Shown here piece by piece: positions 10,964 to 21,380 of a stretch of 64,000 bases of DNA. The stretch is from an uncultured Gammaproteobacteria bacterium (GTDB lineage Bacteria; Patescibacteriota; Patescibacteriia; Magasanikbacterales; UBA922): assembly GCA_964435035.1 (NCBI GenBank), contig CAYSXR010000001.1, positions 144,192 to 208,191 of the forward strand. The letters are read 5' to 3'. The notes below the pieces were generated by a model, which made no database searches, was not told the DNA's origin, and worked only from the letters and a program-made list of their open reading frames with translations. Made by a program: the position numbers and the translations under genes. Numbering within the stretch: position 1 is the stretch's first letter; the number at the start of each line of letters is the position of its first letter.

Positions 10964-11290
10964 ATGTTTGAAACTAGCCGCGACTTATTATATGTAGTGC
11001 TCTCACTCGCCATCATCTGGTTTACGGTATTTTTGTGCTGGCTCATGTATCAGGCAGGTAGAACACTTCGAAATGTAAATAGAATTGTAGAAACTGCGCT
11101 TGAAAAGATGGAATTGATATCTACCGCAGTAGAATTTATACGAAAAAAAGTAGATAATATGTCGAGTCACCTCGGAGCAGTGTCAGGAATTGCATCAGGG
11201 TTATTTGAAAAGTTCGTGGTAAGTAAGTTGTCTGACAAACTGGATGAAAAACTTTCAGGAAAGAAAGGAAAATCTAGAAAAGAAGATTAA
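10964..11290 (+). CDS. hypothetical small membrane protein
   Basis: ORF track starts at 10901 but that overlaps the upstream terminator; first ATG after the terminator is 10964 (MFETSRDLLYVVLSLAIIWFTVFLCWLMY, TM helix). Confidence 0.45.
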   Translation: MFETSRDLLYVVLSLAIIWFTVFLCWLMYQAGRTLRNVNRIVETALEKMELISTAVEFIRKKVDNMSSHLGAVSGIASGLFEKFVVSKLSDKLDEKLSGKKGKSRKED

Positions 11291-11328
11291 TTTACCCGCC
11301 TGTTTAGGGAGGGATTAAAAAAATTTAT

Positions 11329-11895
11329 ATGAGGAGGGGAGCAGCAATCTTTATTTTAATTGGATTGTTTTTTGTGTTTGTAATTAGTGGAGTGGTGTAT
11401 TTTTTGAGTCTCGAAAATACGCGCACTTCTGAAACAACGGACGTCCCAGTTGTCTCGGGAGTTCTTCCACAAGGTGTGCGTATTATCGAAAAAGAAGGTA
11501 ATAGAATATTGAAGGACGAACGAGCGGGTTATGAGATGGAGTTACCAGAAGAAATTAGTGCCGTTGTTGGTAAAGATAATACAGTCTTATTTTATTCCGA
11601 TAGCAGTATTCCCGACTATGGGACAGTACTTGGAGGTATCGGTATTTTTGATAGGGATAATTTATCTCTCGAAGATTGGGTTGCGCGGTTGCACAAAGAA
11701 ACGTTTTTGGTCTTCTTTGAAGAAAGAGAAAGAATTGACAAGGGTGATTTAGAAATTATAAAAATTAAGATGGATGGACCAGGTGAACCTTATGACTATT
11801 TTTTTCTGCATAAGGATAAAATTATTAACGTATCGTGGGTCACAGGGGATTACCTGGATACCTATATTCAAAATATAGTTTTTATGAACTTATAA
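11329..11895 (+). CDS. hypothetical secreted/membrane-anchored protein
   Basis: 188 aa; N-terminal hydrophobic segment AAIFILIGLFFVFVISGVVYFL. Confidence 0.45.
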   Translation: MRRGAAIFILIGLFFVFVISGVVYFLSLENTRTSETTDVPVVSGVLPQGVRIIEKEGNRILKDERAGYEMELPEEISAVVGKDNTVLFYSDSSIPDYGTVLGGIGIFDRDNLSLEDWVARLHKETFLVFFEERERIDKGDLEIIKIKMDGPGEPYDYFFLHKDKIINVSWVTGDYLDTYIQNIVFMNL

Positions 11896-11899
11896 TTAT

Positions 11900-14800
11900 A
11901 TGAATAAAAGGAGGGGGAAGAAAACACAATTCTTAAGTTATTTTTTATTCTGCTTATTCATTTCTATTATTTTTGGAAAAAATGCGTTCGCTAGTCAGGA
12001 GATACAAAGGTTTCTTATCTTACCTTTTTCTAGTGAAATAAGGTTATTGCAGGGCTGGGAATATACTATGCTAGTTCGAGGTAATAAGATACATGGAGGG
12101 ATTGATTATGATTGTAATTTAGGAGATCCGATTTATGCATCATATGATGGTGAAGCAATGACATCGGTTCAAGTTGAAAAAAAGTCTGGAGCTGGTTATG
12201 GAAATTTTGTTTTTATAAAACACCATAATGGATATGCAACATTGTATGGACACTTAAACAAAGTTGCAGAACATATTACTTTGTATCCTTCTGGGCTACG
12301 AAGTAATACTAATTATGTTGAATGGACGTCAGTTCTGAAAGGAGATTATATTGGTGACTGCGGGACTTCTGGAACCGACAATGTGCATCTGCATTTTGAA
12401 GTGACTACGGGAAAATATTCAACAGGTAGAATAGATAGCTATGATCTATACAAGACCAAACAATTTTATCCACCGAATGCGTCATACACTACCATGGGGG
12501 AAAAACATTTGTGGATGAGCGATCCTCCCCAATATCTAGAAGCAAAACATGTCGAGAATCAAAAAGGTAGGGCAACTGAAGAAAATAAAAATATTTGGGA
12601 GACAATAAAAGATTGGTTTGCGTCAAAAGAATCTAAGTCAGTTGGTGTGGTGTTAGGTGGAGAAAAAGAGTTACCAGAGAAAAAGGAAGAATTAGGGTTA
12701 TCTTTTGTTGATAGAAAAATTTTTGTATCGTCCACCGCCACCACTGAGGATATCTCAGTGGTGGTACAAGCAAAAAATACTGGTTCAAAAATTTGGAAAA
12801 AACAGGAAATCTCGCTTAATGTAATTGGAGGACGTGAAGCAAATGCGCCATTTAGGCATGCCTCATGGATTACCGATCTGCGTCCTGCGCTTCTCGATAA
12901 TACAGATATAAAACCAGGAGAAACAGGTTCGTTTAGTTTTAGTATTAAAAGTTTGCCTGAAGGTCTACATACAATAAAATTAATGGTAGTAGAAGTGGGG
13001 ACATGGAAACAAATAGGGAGTGAATATGTTGAGATTGAAATATTGGTTGCTAAACCAGTTAAAGAGCTGACTGAAGAGAGCAGAGAAGAGGGAATAGCTG
13101 AAGGAGTTATTCATGGAATAAAAGAATTTGCTGAAACAGTGGTGGACAAGGTGGTCGATGTAATCAAATCAGTACCAAAAATTTTTAGAGGTGGAGGAGG
13201 GAGTGGTGGTTCTCGACAATCGAATGAGAGTGTTGATACTATCACCGAAAGTCCTACTGAAGAAGTGATCCTGATAGAAGAAGATAATATAGTAGATGAA
13301 GATAGTGAAATCGAAAGTGTTTCTGACATGAGTAGAGAAATCATATTCAATGAAATTGCATGGTCCGGGTCAAGTTCGGTCTGCACTGATCGAGAATGGA
13401 TTGAAATATATAATGCATCGAGTACAGTCCTCTCACTTGAAAATTGGAAATTAGATATTTCTACTGCAGAGTCTACAAGTAGTATTGCGTTAGTCGGATC
13501 AATTGAAGCATATGGATATTATCTCATCTCACACGCAAATATATTTTCTTCGTTTATTACAACAGATGCGATATTACCTCAGCAGATACAAATTCCAGAT
13601 AGTGGTGCGAGATTGGTATTAAAAAATCAAGATGGTGAAAACATTGATGAGATAGACCAAACCAATGGGTGGCTTGGTGGAGATATGGGGCAATTCCCAC
13701 ATACGCTTGAGCGTGTTGCATCAAGTACATGGGGCACTAGTAACTCAGTGCGATATGGGGCACAATCAGGCAATTGTGGACAAATCACTGGTAGTCCTCG
13801 AATGGAAAATGATGGATATGCATTTATTTCAGATGCCACGTTGGGCTTTTATTCAAGGAATGTAGAAGGAAATATAATACTTACTCAAGAGGAAAATCCG
13901 TATTTATTTTCTAGTGTTACGATACCAGAAGATGAGGTGGTCGAAATTGGTTCAGGTGTGGTTTTTGTAGGCACTAATCCAGAGTCAAGAATGGTGGTGC
14001 AAGGTGAATTGGTCTTGAAGGGGGAAGAAAATGATCCAGTTGTAGTTACTTCGAGACACGATCATGAAGTTGTGACAACAAGTGCGTTATTTTCTAGTAT
14101 CTTTACCGGAGACTTCGCACAAGCAGGAGATTGGCAAAATATTGAAGTTTTGGAAAGTGGAAAATTAAAGATTGATCACAGTGTGTTGAAATATGGGGGA
14201 AATAAATTTGGTGTGAGTGCATTCTGTCAGGGTTGTAGTCGTTCACAAGTAATTACTAATATTGGTGGTGAGGTTGTATTACAAAATGTTGAAATTGGAA
14301 ATGGATTTGAATTAGGAAGTGGCGCGGGTCCAGATGTACTAGTCTATTCAAACAATGGAACTCTTAACTTACAAAATGTACAACTCCATAATGGAAAACG
14401 GGCGCTGCATAGTGAGGGAAATACAGAAGTTTTAGCGAGGTCTGTAGATGTGCATAATTTTGATTTGTCAGATAAGGTAATATATGTTGAACAGAAAATG
14501 CCTGCTGTATGGGAAGATGTAGATTTTTTAGAAAATACACCCTCGTATGCGTATAGTCCTGCATTAGTTGTAACTAGTTCGTACACACTTTCACCTGATC
14601 ATGCGTTTGAGTTTGGTATGGTATCCATAGAATCAGGTGGAGAGCTTGTGCTCGACGGGGGAAATTTGTATGCGCGTGAAATTACCGTACAAGGAAACTT
14701 GCGTTCTGGTGAAAATGAACACATGAGTGAAATAGCAGGTGGTGTATCACCTTCATCAACATTTTCTCGAATATTATTTTCAGTTGGATCATTGGGTAAT

Positions 14801-15238
14801 CTTGAGAATATAAAAATTCGAGGCGGGGGATATTTTCAAAGTACTTCGGGTTATCCATTTTCTTCACCTCGTCCCTATATGATATGGGTTGATGGGGCGA
14901 CGGTCTCAATTTCGCATTCTCAGTTGATTGATTCAAGACGTCCTGGCGGAATAATGGTAGTTCGAAATGGAAAAGTAGATATACAGGACACGGAGATAGG
15001 ATGGAATAGTGGGTATAATAAATTAAACAGTTTCGTAGAATATGGAATGGTATTGAATACTCAATCAGTTGGTCATATTGAAAATGTAAACTTCAGAAAA
15101 ATGGATTATGTGGTCGAATTGAATCAAGGGTCAACTGTAACCTTTGATCGGATGAGTAAAGCAAATTTGATTGATTTGTATCCTGCATTTTTTCCGAGCA
15201 AAAATTGGTTCCCGACAAGTATATTTCCATTTCAATAG
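11900..15238 (+). CDS. secreted multidomain protein: M23 (LytM) peptidase + lamin-tail domain + right-handed beta-helix
   Basis: signal peptide; M23 motifs HGGIDYDCNLGDPIYA...GYGNFVFIKHHNGYATLYGHL...HLHFEV; GGGGSGGS linker; LTD-like IIFNEIAWSGSSSVCTDREWIEIYNAS; C-terminal third with repeated beta-helix-like segments. Confidence 0.7.
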   Translation: MNKRRGKKTQFLSYFLFCLFISIIFGKNAFASQEIQRFLILPFSSEIRLLQGWEYTMLVRGNKIHGGIDYDCNLGDPIYASYDGEAMTSVQVEKKSGAGYGNFVFIKHHNGYATLYGHLNKVAEHITLYPSGLRSNTNYVEWTSVLKGDYIGDCGTSGTDNVHLHFEVTTGKYSTGRIDSYDLYKTKQFYPPNASYTTMGEKHLWMSDPPQYLEAKHVENQKGRATEENKNIWETIKDWFASKESKSVGVVLGGEKELPEKKEELGLSFVDRKIFVSSTATTEDISVVVQAKNTGSKIWKKQEISLNVIGGREANAPFRHASWITDLRPALLDNTDIKPGETGSFSFSIKSLPEGLHTIKLMVVEVGTWKQIGSEYVEIEILVAKPVKELTEESREEGIAEGVIHGIKEFAETVVDKVVDVIKSVPKIFRGGGGSGGSRQSNESVDTITESPTEEVILIEEDNIVDEDSEIESVSDMSREIIFNEIAWSGSSSVCTDREWIEIYNASSTVLSLENWKLDISTAESTSSIALVGSIEAYGYYLISHANIFSSFITTDAILPQQIQIPDSGARLVLKNQDGENIDEIDQTNGWLGGDMGQFPHTLERVASSTWGTSNSVRYGAQSGNCGQITGSPRMENDGYAFISDATLGFYSRNVEGNIILTQEENPYLFSSVTIPEDEVVEIGSGVVFVGTNPESRMVVQGELVLKGEENDPVVVTSRHDHEVVTTSALFSSIFTGDFAQAGDWQNIEVLESGKLKIDHSVLKYGGNKFGVSAFCQGCSRSQVITNIGGEVVLQNVEIGNGFELGSGAGPDVLVYSNNGTLNLQNVQLHNGKRALHSEGNTEVLARSVDVHNFDLSDKVIYVEQKMPAVWEDVDFLENTPSYAYSPALVVTSSYTLSPDHAFEFGMVSIESGGELVLDGGNLYAREITVQGNLRSGENEHMSEIAGGVSPSSTFSRILFSVGSLGNLENIKIRGGGYFQSTSGYPFSSPRPYMIWVDGATVSISHSQLIDSRRPGGIMVVRNGKVDIQDTEIGWNSGYNKLNSFVEYGMVLNTQSVGHIENVNFRKMDYVVELNQGSTVTFDRMSKANLIDLYPAFFPSKNWFPTSIFPFQ

Positions 15239-15324
15239 TAGTCGTTGAGGATTTGTTAAGGGGTATTTTGTATATAGAAATGCATTTTTTTGGCTTATTT
15301 TAGGGAAATTATAGTACAAAAGTA

Positions 15325-15353
15325 TTGACAAATTGTCTCACGTGTGATACTAT
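15325..15353 (+). promoter_or_regulatory. sigma70-like extended -10 promoter TTGACA-N17-(TGa)TACTAT
   Basis: exact TTGACA, 17-bp spacer containing TG at -15/-14, -10 TACTAT; same architecture as three other cassettes in the window. Confidence 0.45.
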
Positions 15354-15430
15354 TTTACATTCCAAGTGAAGAGGCGTCTGCCTTTTTACCTCTGGGATAT
15401 AACAAGATCCTTAGGTTATAGGTGTAACTC

Positions 15431-15772
15431 ATGGCTCGTTTGATCGACATGTACTTCACTGCCCCCGTGGTCAACCACTGGACTACCTTCTACGAGAAGG
15501 CGTTCATGGGGGAGCTGATCATGGTTTACATCCATGGGGTGGGACGTCGCTGGGTACTTCTCCAGGACTTTCGCAGTAACGAGGAGGCTAAGAAACTTGA
15601 GTTCAGGGTACAGATTGTGCCGGAGCCGGGTAAAAAAAACCGGGACTCGATACCAAACAGCTGGTTTACTGGCACCTACTCCTGGGAGACCAACGATGGT
15701 TACCTCAAACTGCCGTCGGTTATGCGGCCATTGCCGTCGGTTATCCTCTCAAGCTGGATCAACCACGCCTGA
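15431..15772 (+). CDS. hypothetical protein in a mildly GC-elevated islet
   Basis: 113-aa ORF, GC visibly higher than flanks; no recognisable family; a longer overlapping ORF in another frame makes the call uncertain. Confidence 0.3.
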   Translation: MARLIDMYFTAPVVNHWTTFYEKAFMGELIMVYIHGVGRRWVLLQDFRSNEEAKKLEFRVQIVPEPGKKNRDSIPNSWFTGTYSWETNDGYLKLPSVMRPLPSVILSSWINHA

Positions 15773-15975
15773 GGCAATAGCACACCCGACGCGTGCACAA
15801 GATTTGTTCCCACATGGGCACAAAATCGCGCACGCGTCGGGAACAATCTACCCTATACCATGATTGGTATGGGGTTTTTGTTTACAAAAATATTTTTTAC
15901 ACGTAAAATATCTCACGTTGATTCTGCAATACATAGTGCAGAAATGGCTCCATCGAAAAAGAGGGGGTTCGCAAA

Positions 15976-16392
15976 ATGGTCTACGATAAAAAATACTCGG
16001 TCGTGCACGAATGGCTGAGACGATTCAATCTGCATGAGGTGGAAGGTCTCCTGGAGCTCTACGTTGAGAAGCCCGCTCATACCTCTATGGATATCAAAAA
16101 AGCACACCCGAAGACGTACGGCACTATCTATGGAAGGACCCCGCTGTCCCAGTGGTGGTACCGGTGCTTCGAGTGCGATCCGAATCTCAGGTACGAGATG
16201 GATCTGTACCTCTCGTCTGGAGGAGACACTGCAGTACTCGTCTACTTCGAGGGGGTCGGTGGTGGAAATCCTCCAGCACATCGGATGATCACCTTCACCT
16301 TCGAGGGTCTCCTGATCAAGAGTACGAAGACTGAAGATGTGGACGATCATAGTTCACACATTCGTGGTGCAATCAACCCACGAGCCAACTGA
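15976..16392 (+). CDS. hypothetical protein, possibly NTF2/SnoaL-like fold
   Basis: 138 aa; SD-like AGAGGGGG upstream; N-terminal VVHEWLRRFNLHEVEGLLELYVEKPAHTS resembles NTF2-like/ketosteroid-isomerase-like starts; GC higher than host average. Confidence 0.35.
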   Translation: MVYDKKYSVVHEWLRRFNLHEVEGLLELYVEKPAHTSMDIKKAHPKTYGTIYGRTPLSQWWYRCFECDPNLRYEMDLYLSSGGDTAVLVYFEGVGGGNPPAHRMITFTFEGLLIKSTKTEDVDDHSSHIRGAINPRAN

Positions 16393-16537
16393 GTCTCACG
16401 GGGGGCACACTGACAAAAATAGCCCCCCAACCTGTACATATTGGTATATAGCAAGTATCTACAGGTTGGGAGGGAAAATGGGCTATGTTGTGATGCATGT
16501 AGTGCTACCCGATGCGTATCGTATTGATTAGATACAA

Positions 16538-16566
16538 TAAAACTCTGAGTAATTTCAGAGTTTTAT
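16538..16566. terminator. bidirectional hairpin terminator AAAACTCTGAgtaatttTCAGAGTTTT
   Basis: perfect 10-bp stem flanked by A-run and T-run, sits between the islet ORFs and the tRNA-Lys 3' end. Confidence 0.55.
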
Positions 16567-16574
16567 TGTTTTTG

Positions 16575-16647
16575 TGACCCCGGTGGGGATCGAACCCACG
16601 ACCATTGGCTTAAAAGGCCACTGCTCTACCAGCTGAGCTACAGGGTC
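16575..16647 (-). tRNA. tRNA-Lys (anticodon TTT)
   Basis: hand-folded cloverleaf on minus strand: acceptor GACCCTG/CGGGGTC, D-arm GCTC..GAGC, anticodon loop CTTTTAA, T-arm GTGGG-TTCGATC-CCCAC, discriminator A; 73 nt. Confidence 0.8.
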
Positions 16648-16794
16648 TTAAATTAGTTCATAGCTAATAGCAAGAAAGTTCATAGGAAAATACAAATTCG
16701 TATTTCCATTGGCTATCCATCTATTGGCTATGAACTACGAGAGACGCGAATATGATATACTAAGTAAACATAAAAGTCAAGTAAACTTTATCTC

Positions 16795-19470
16795 ATGAAA
16801 AAACAAGATTTTCATTCATTAAGTATCGCACATTCGCTCGATATTTTAAAGAGCAGTAAACAAGGCATCACTCATGAGGAGGCACGCCGACGACTGCAGG
16901 TCAACGGTAAAAATGAAATTCCCTCGGGAGATCGGGATGTTACTGGTTGGAAAATCTTTGGTGAGCAATTTGCAAGTCCACTTATTATTATTCTGATTGT
17001 TGCAACAGCAATCAGTTTTTTGCTCGGCGAATGGGTCGATGTAATGGTGATCGGTATAACTATCGGAGTAAATGTATTGGTTGGGTTTATTCAAGAATAT
17101 CAGGCAAATGCAGCACTTAAAAAACTGAAAAACATGGTGACGTATAATGCGACTGTAATTCGAAAAGGAGAATCAATGCGCATACCAAGTCGGGAAATAG
17201 TAGTAGGGGATATCATGATTATTCTTGCTGGGGACAAAATTCAAGCTGATGGTCGAGTAATTGAAGTGTCTGAATGCGAAGTAAATGAGTCTGTTCTCAC
17301 TGGTGAAGTAGAACCACAGAAAAAAATAAGCAATACGGTTCTCAAGAAACATATTCCCATAGCAGATCGAATGAATATGGTGTACCGTGGTACAGTCGTT
17401 ACTCGCGGGCGTGCACAGGTGGTAGTGACTGCAATTGGTGGGTCTACTGAAATTGGAAAAATCGCTGAGATGGTTGGAAGTATGGATGAGGAGTCTACTC
17501 CGTTGCAAAAACAAATTTCAAAATTAGGGAAAACATTAGGTGTATTGGTGGTAGTTATGTGCACAGGCATTCTCATGCTGGGATTTTTTTTACAATCTGA
17601 ACATAGTGAAAAAGGAATTGAATTATTTAAGACAGCGGTCGCAGTTGCAGTGGCTGCTATTCCTGAAGGATTGGCAATTTCAATGACTATTATTCTTGCA
17701 ATCGGAATGAAAAATATTCTCAAAAGAAAAGCGTTGGTCCGGAAATTACTTGCCGCAGAAACACTAGGTTCGGTTTCGGTGATTTGTACAGATAAAACAG
17801 GTACCTTGACTGAAGGAAATATGTCAGTCGTAAAAATAGTCACATCCCGTGCAGTATTTGGTGCATCAGATTTTATTGGTAAAGAGATAGGCGATGATTC
17901 TCTGGAACATGACGCGAGATATGCACTCAAGCTAGGAATACTCTGTAATGATGGGATGATTGAAAATTATACTAAGCCAGAAAGCGAATGGACAGTATCT
18001 GGAAATCTTACTGATTCCGCACTCATACGTTATGGTGCAAAAATAGGGTTATATAAGACTGAACTCGATCATGTATACGAACGCTTATCTGATATTCCGT
18101 TTGATAGTAAGAAGAAATACATGGGGGTATTAACTAATGAAAGCACTTCTCGGCTGGTGATTATGAAGGGTGCCCCTGAAAAAATGTATTCACGTGTGCG
18201 TTCGTATCAAGCTGAAGGAAAAGTATATGCGTGGGGTAAAAAAATTGAAGAGTATATTAAAGAAAAAGAAAGAGCACTTACAGGGGAAGGACTGCGAGTC
18301 ATCGGGGTGGCGTATAAAGAAACATATTCAGGAAAAAGAGTAGTAACTGAACATGATTTTTCTGACTTGGTATTTGTAGGATTGATTGCGTTTGCAGATC
18401 CACTACGGTCAGACGTACCGAAGACTGTTCAGGCTGCAAAGAAAGCTGGAATTCGGGTTATTATGATGACCGGAGATCATGCAGTGACTGCACATACGAT
18501 TGCGCAAAGTGCGGGAATAGGCGGACGTTTAGAGCGAGTTTGTGAGGGGGTTGAATTAGATCTATTATCTGATCGTGAATTGGAAGAAAAAATTAAAAAT
18601 ACTTCAGTATTTGCACGGGTTGAACCAAAACATAAAATGAGAGTAATCCAGACACTTCAATCAGAGGGGCATGTAGTCGCTATGACGGGGGACGGAGTAA
18701 ATGATGCTCCAGCACTTAAAGCTGCTGATATTGGGGTTGCAGTAGGGTCAGGAACTGATGTGGCAAAAGAAATTGCTGATGTAATTTTATTAGATAATTC
18801 ATTTACGACGATTGTGTCATCAGTCGAAGAAGGAAGGGGGATTTATCAGAACATTAAAAAAGTGGTGTTATATTTACTTTCCAGTAGTTTTTCCGAAGTA
18901 TTGTTGATTGCTTCAAGTATTATCGCGGGCATGCCACTACCAGTACTTCCAGTGCAGATTTTGTGGGTCAATTTGATCCAAGATACCTTTCCGGTAATTG
19001 CACTTGCCTTTGACCGTGGGAGTACACAGGTTATGGAAGAGCGTCCGCGCAAAAGAAATGCACCTATTATTGATCCTGAAATCAGGACCATTATTATTGC
19101 AAAAACAATTTTTGCGAATATTCTTTTATTTGGAATGTTTTTCTATTTTCATACCACAAGTGACGATATCGCACATACTCGCACCATCATGTTCCTCGCG
19201 TTTGCAGTGAATTCGCTGTTCTATATTTATGCAATTAGGGATTTAAGAAAACCAATGATTAAAATGCGATGGTTTGATAATCACTATCTCACGGCTGCGG
19301 TAATTTTTGGGTGGACGATGTTACTTCTTGCTACCTACGTCGCGCCATTCCAGAAAATTTTACACACGGTCCCACTGGGTGTGAATGAGTGGATCATATT
19401 GCTCGGATTCGGTGTAGCAAATTTGTTATTTATAGAAATACTCAAAGTAGTGATGAATAGAAAAAAGTAA
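16795..19470 (+). CDS. cation-transporting P-type ATPase (type IIA Ca2+-ATPase-like)
   Basis: 891 aa; phosphorylation motif ICTDKTGTLT; hinge MTGDGVNDAPALK; TGES-like actuator region; 8-10 TM helices. Confidence 0.85.
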   Translation: MKKQDFHSLSIAHSLDILKSSKQGITHEEARRRLQVNGKNEIPSGDRDVTGWKIFGEQFASPLIIILIVATAISFLLGEWVDVMVIGITIGVNVLVGFIQEYQANAALKKLKNMVTYNATVIRKGESMRIPSREIVVGDIMIILAGDKIQADGRVIEVSECEVNESVLTGEVEPQKKISNTVLKKHIPIADRMNMVYRGTVVTRGRAQVVVTAIGGSTEIGKIAEMVGSMDEESTPLQKQISKLGKTLGVLVVVMCTGILMLGFFLQSEHSEKGIELFKTAVAVAVAAIPEGLAISMTIILAIGMKNILKRKALVRKLLAAETLGSVSVICTDKTGTLTEGNMSVVKIVTSRAVFGASDFIGKEIGDDSLEHDARYALKLGILCNDGMIENYTKPESEWTVSGNLTDSALIRYGAKIGLYKTELDHVYERLSDIPFDSKKKYMGVLTNESTSRLVIMKGAPEKMYSRVRSYQAEGKVYAWGKKIEEYIKEKERALTGEGLRVIGVAYKETYSGKRVVTEHDFSDLVFVGLIAFADPLRSDVPKTVQAAKKAGIRVIMMTGDHAVTAHTIAQSAGIGGRLERVCEGVELDLLSDRELEEKIKNTSVFARVEPKHKMRVIQTLQSEGHVVAMTGDGVNDAPALKAADIGVAVGSGTDVAKEIADVILLDNSFTTIVSSVEEGRGIYQNIKKVVLYLLSSSFSEVLLIASSIIAGMPLPVLPVQILWVNLIQDTFPVIALAFDRGSTQVMEERPRKRNAPIIDPEIRTIIIAKTIFANILLFGMFFYFHTTSDDIAHTRTIMFLAFAVNSLFYIYAIRDLRKPMIKMRWFDNHYLTAAVIFGWTMLLLATYVAPFQKILHTVPLGVNEWIILLGFGVANLLFIEILKVVMNRKK

Positions 19471-19582
19471 TAATACAAAACACCACCTACATCCTCCCTT
19501 TGCTGCTTCAAAATATTTTGGAGCAATAAAGGGTATGCAGGTGGTGTTTGAAAACATCCTCCTCATACCTTGTAAAGACTAG

Positions 19583-19783
19583 TCACTCTACGGACTCTCC
19601 TTCGGTAGTGGCTTTCTCCGACTCTGAGTCGGGGTTGGTATCCTGCGGGCGCGCACGAGCGATCGTATCACTCATGGGACGCCGGATACATTTTCCATTT
19701 TTATCGTAGATCCACACTTTGCCGACGCCATTCTCGATCTCAAGGCGCATTGTCTTGCCGTCGGGTCTAGGAAAAAGTCCCAT
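19583..19783 (-). CDS. hypothetical small protein (66 aa), GC-elevated
   Basis: SD-like GAGGTGA 6 nt upstream of ATG on minus strand; GC about 50% versus AT-rich flanks; no family recognised. Confidence 0.3.
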   Translation of the reverse strand: MGLFPRPDGKTMRLEIENGVGKVWIYDKNGKCIRRPMSDTIARARPQDTNPDSESEKATTEGESVE

Positions 19784-19914
19784 AGCTCACCTCGTTGTTG
19801 TGTCGTAGAAAGGACCTATCTCAGACAGTATACTAAAGTAAATAAACTGTAAATAGTATCGTATTGCCCCTTTTCTTCTTTCACGATACACTATGTTCAT
19901 CCTAATTTTTATAT

Positions 19915-21360
19915 ATGTCTAAAAGAATAAAACAAACAAAAATCGTTGCAACCATTGGTCCAGCATGTGAAAGTATCGAAATTCTTGAGCGCATGGTACA
20001 TGCAGGTATGAATGTTGCTCGATTGAATTTTTCCCACGGTACTCATGAAAATCATGCGATGCTTATCAAAAATATTCGTGAAGTGGAAAAGCGCACGGGA
20101 GAGCCAGTGGCAATTCTACAGGATTTGCAAGGGCCAAAATTACGACTAGGGGAATTGCCGCCTGAGGGTATTGAAATAGAAAAAGGCACAGAAATTGTGT
20201 TTGCATATAATCCCGAAACATCGGTGGAAATTCCAATTGGTTTTAAAGAATTGTGTGAATTTATGAAACCAGGAGAGCGTATTTTACTCGATGATGGGAA
20301 ATGCGAAGCACGTGTCTTCCGAATTGAAAAAGAAAAAATTATCACCACTGTAGTGGTGGGTGGAAAGCTCACGTCACACAAGGGAATCAATGTGCCTGAT
20401 ACTGATTTGAAAACACTTAAAGTGTTAACTGAAAAAGATAAAGAAGATTTGAAATTTGGTGTAGAACACGGAGTTGATTTGGTCGCATTGTCTTTTGTGA
20501 TGGACGCACAAGATATTCTTGACGTGAAGTTTTTTATTACTGAAATCGAGCAATCAACAAAAAAAGTGGGAAATAATCCAATTCGTATTATTGCAAAAAT
20601 AGAAAAACACGAAGCAGTACAGAAAATTGAAAAAATTATTGATGTTGCTGATGGAATCATGGTGGCACGTGGAGATTTGGGTATTGAAATACCTGCAGAG
20701 GAAGTGCCGCTTATTCAGAAAAGAATTATTGATTTGGCGCGTGAGGGAGCAAAGCCTGTGATTGTAGCAACTCAAATGCTTGATTCTATGCAACATAACC
20801 CTCGTCCGACGCGTGCAGAGGTGTCAGATGTGTCAAATGCGGTAATCGATCATACTGATGCAGTAATGCTTTCAAATGAGACGGCGACAGGAGAATATCC
20901 AGTTGAGACCATTGAAACTATGGCTTCAATCATCCGATCTGCAGAAGAATCAGATTATGATGATGTGAGTGTGGCTACAAGCTCTAGTTCAAAACGAAAA
21001 AATATTGATACGACGATTAGTGGATTATCAAAATTAGTTGCCGAAGAAGTGGGTGCAACATTGATTTTGGCAGCATCACTTTCCGGGGACACAGGTCGTC
21101 TGATCTCAAAATATCGTCCAGAGCTCCCCATTGCTGTTGCTGCAAGCTCGGATCGGGTACTTCGTCAGCTCAATCTTTCATGGGGCGTGAGACCATTTAT
21201 TCTCGAGGAATGCAAAACTATCGAAGAGCTGATTGAACGCTCAATTCTGATACTCAAAGATAGAAAAATGGTAGAAAAAGAAGATCGGATTATTATCGTT
21301 GCTGGGGAGCCAGTTGGGCAAGCAGGACATGTAAATTTACTGGAAGTTCGTGAGGTATAG
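19915..21360 (+). CDS. pyk: pyruvate kinase
   Basis: N-terminal KTKIVATIGPA...NVARLNFSHG motif; MVARGDLGIEIP catalytic region; 481 aa with C-terminal regulatory domain. Confidence 0.9.
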   Translation: MSKRIKQTKIVATIGPACESIEILERMVHAGMNVARLNFSHGTHENHAMLIKNIREVEKRTGEPVAILQDLQGPKLRLGELPPEGIEIEKGTEIVFAYNPETSVEIPIGFKELCEFMKPGERILLDDGKCEARVFRIEKEKIITTVVVGGKLTSHKGINVPDTDLKTLKVLTEKDKEDLKFGVEHGVDLVALSFVMDAQDILDVKFFITEIEQSTKKVGNNPIRIIAKIEKHEAVQKIEKIIDVADGIMVARGDLGIEIPAEEVPLIQKRIIDLAREGAKPVIVATQMLDSMQHNPRPTRAEVSDVSNAVIDHTDAVMLSNETATGEYPVETIETMASIIRSAEESDYDDVSVATSSSSKRKNIDTTISGLSKLVAEEVGATLILAASLSGDTGRLISKYRPELPIAVAASSDRVLRQLNLSWGVRPFILEECKTIEELIERSILILKDRKMVEKEDRIIIVAGEPVGQAGHVNLLEVREV

Positions 21361-21380
21361 TTTTTATAAGAATATAAAAA

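Noticed and set aside
17241-17930. 229-aa minus ORF inside the P-type ATPase gene; likewise 4929..5588(-) in rseP, 20052..20660(-) in pyk, 25975..26607(-) in the giant gene, 32103..32699(-) in ppsA, 45235..46143(-) in the 948-aa gene
   Set aside because: Embedded antisense ORFs within strongly supported genes. Ser/Thr/Pro/Ile-rich nonsense composition.
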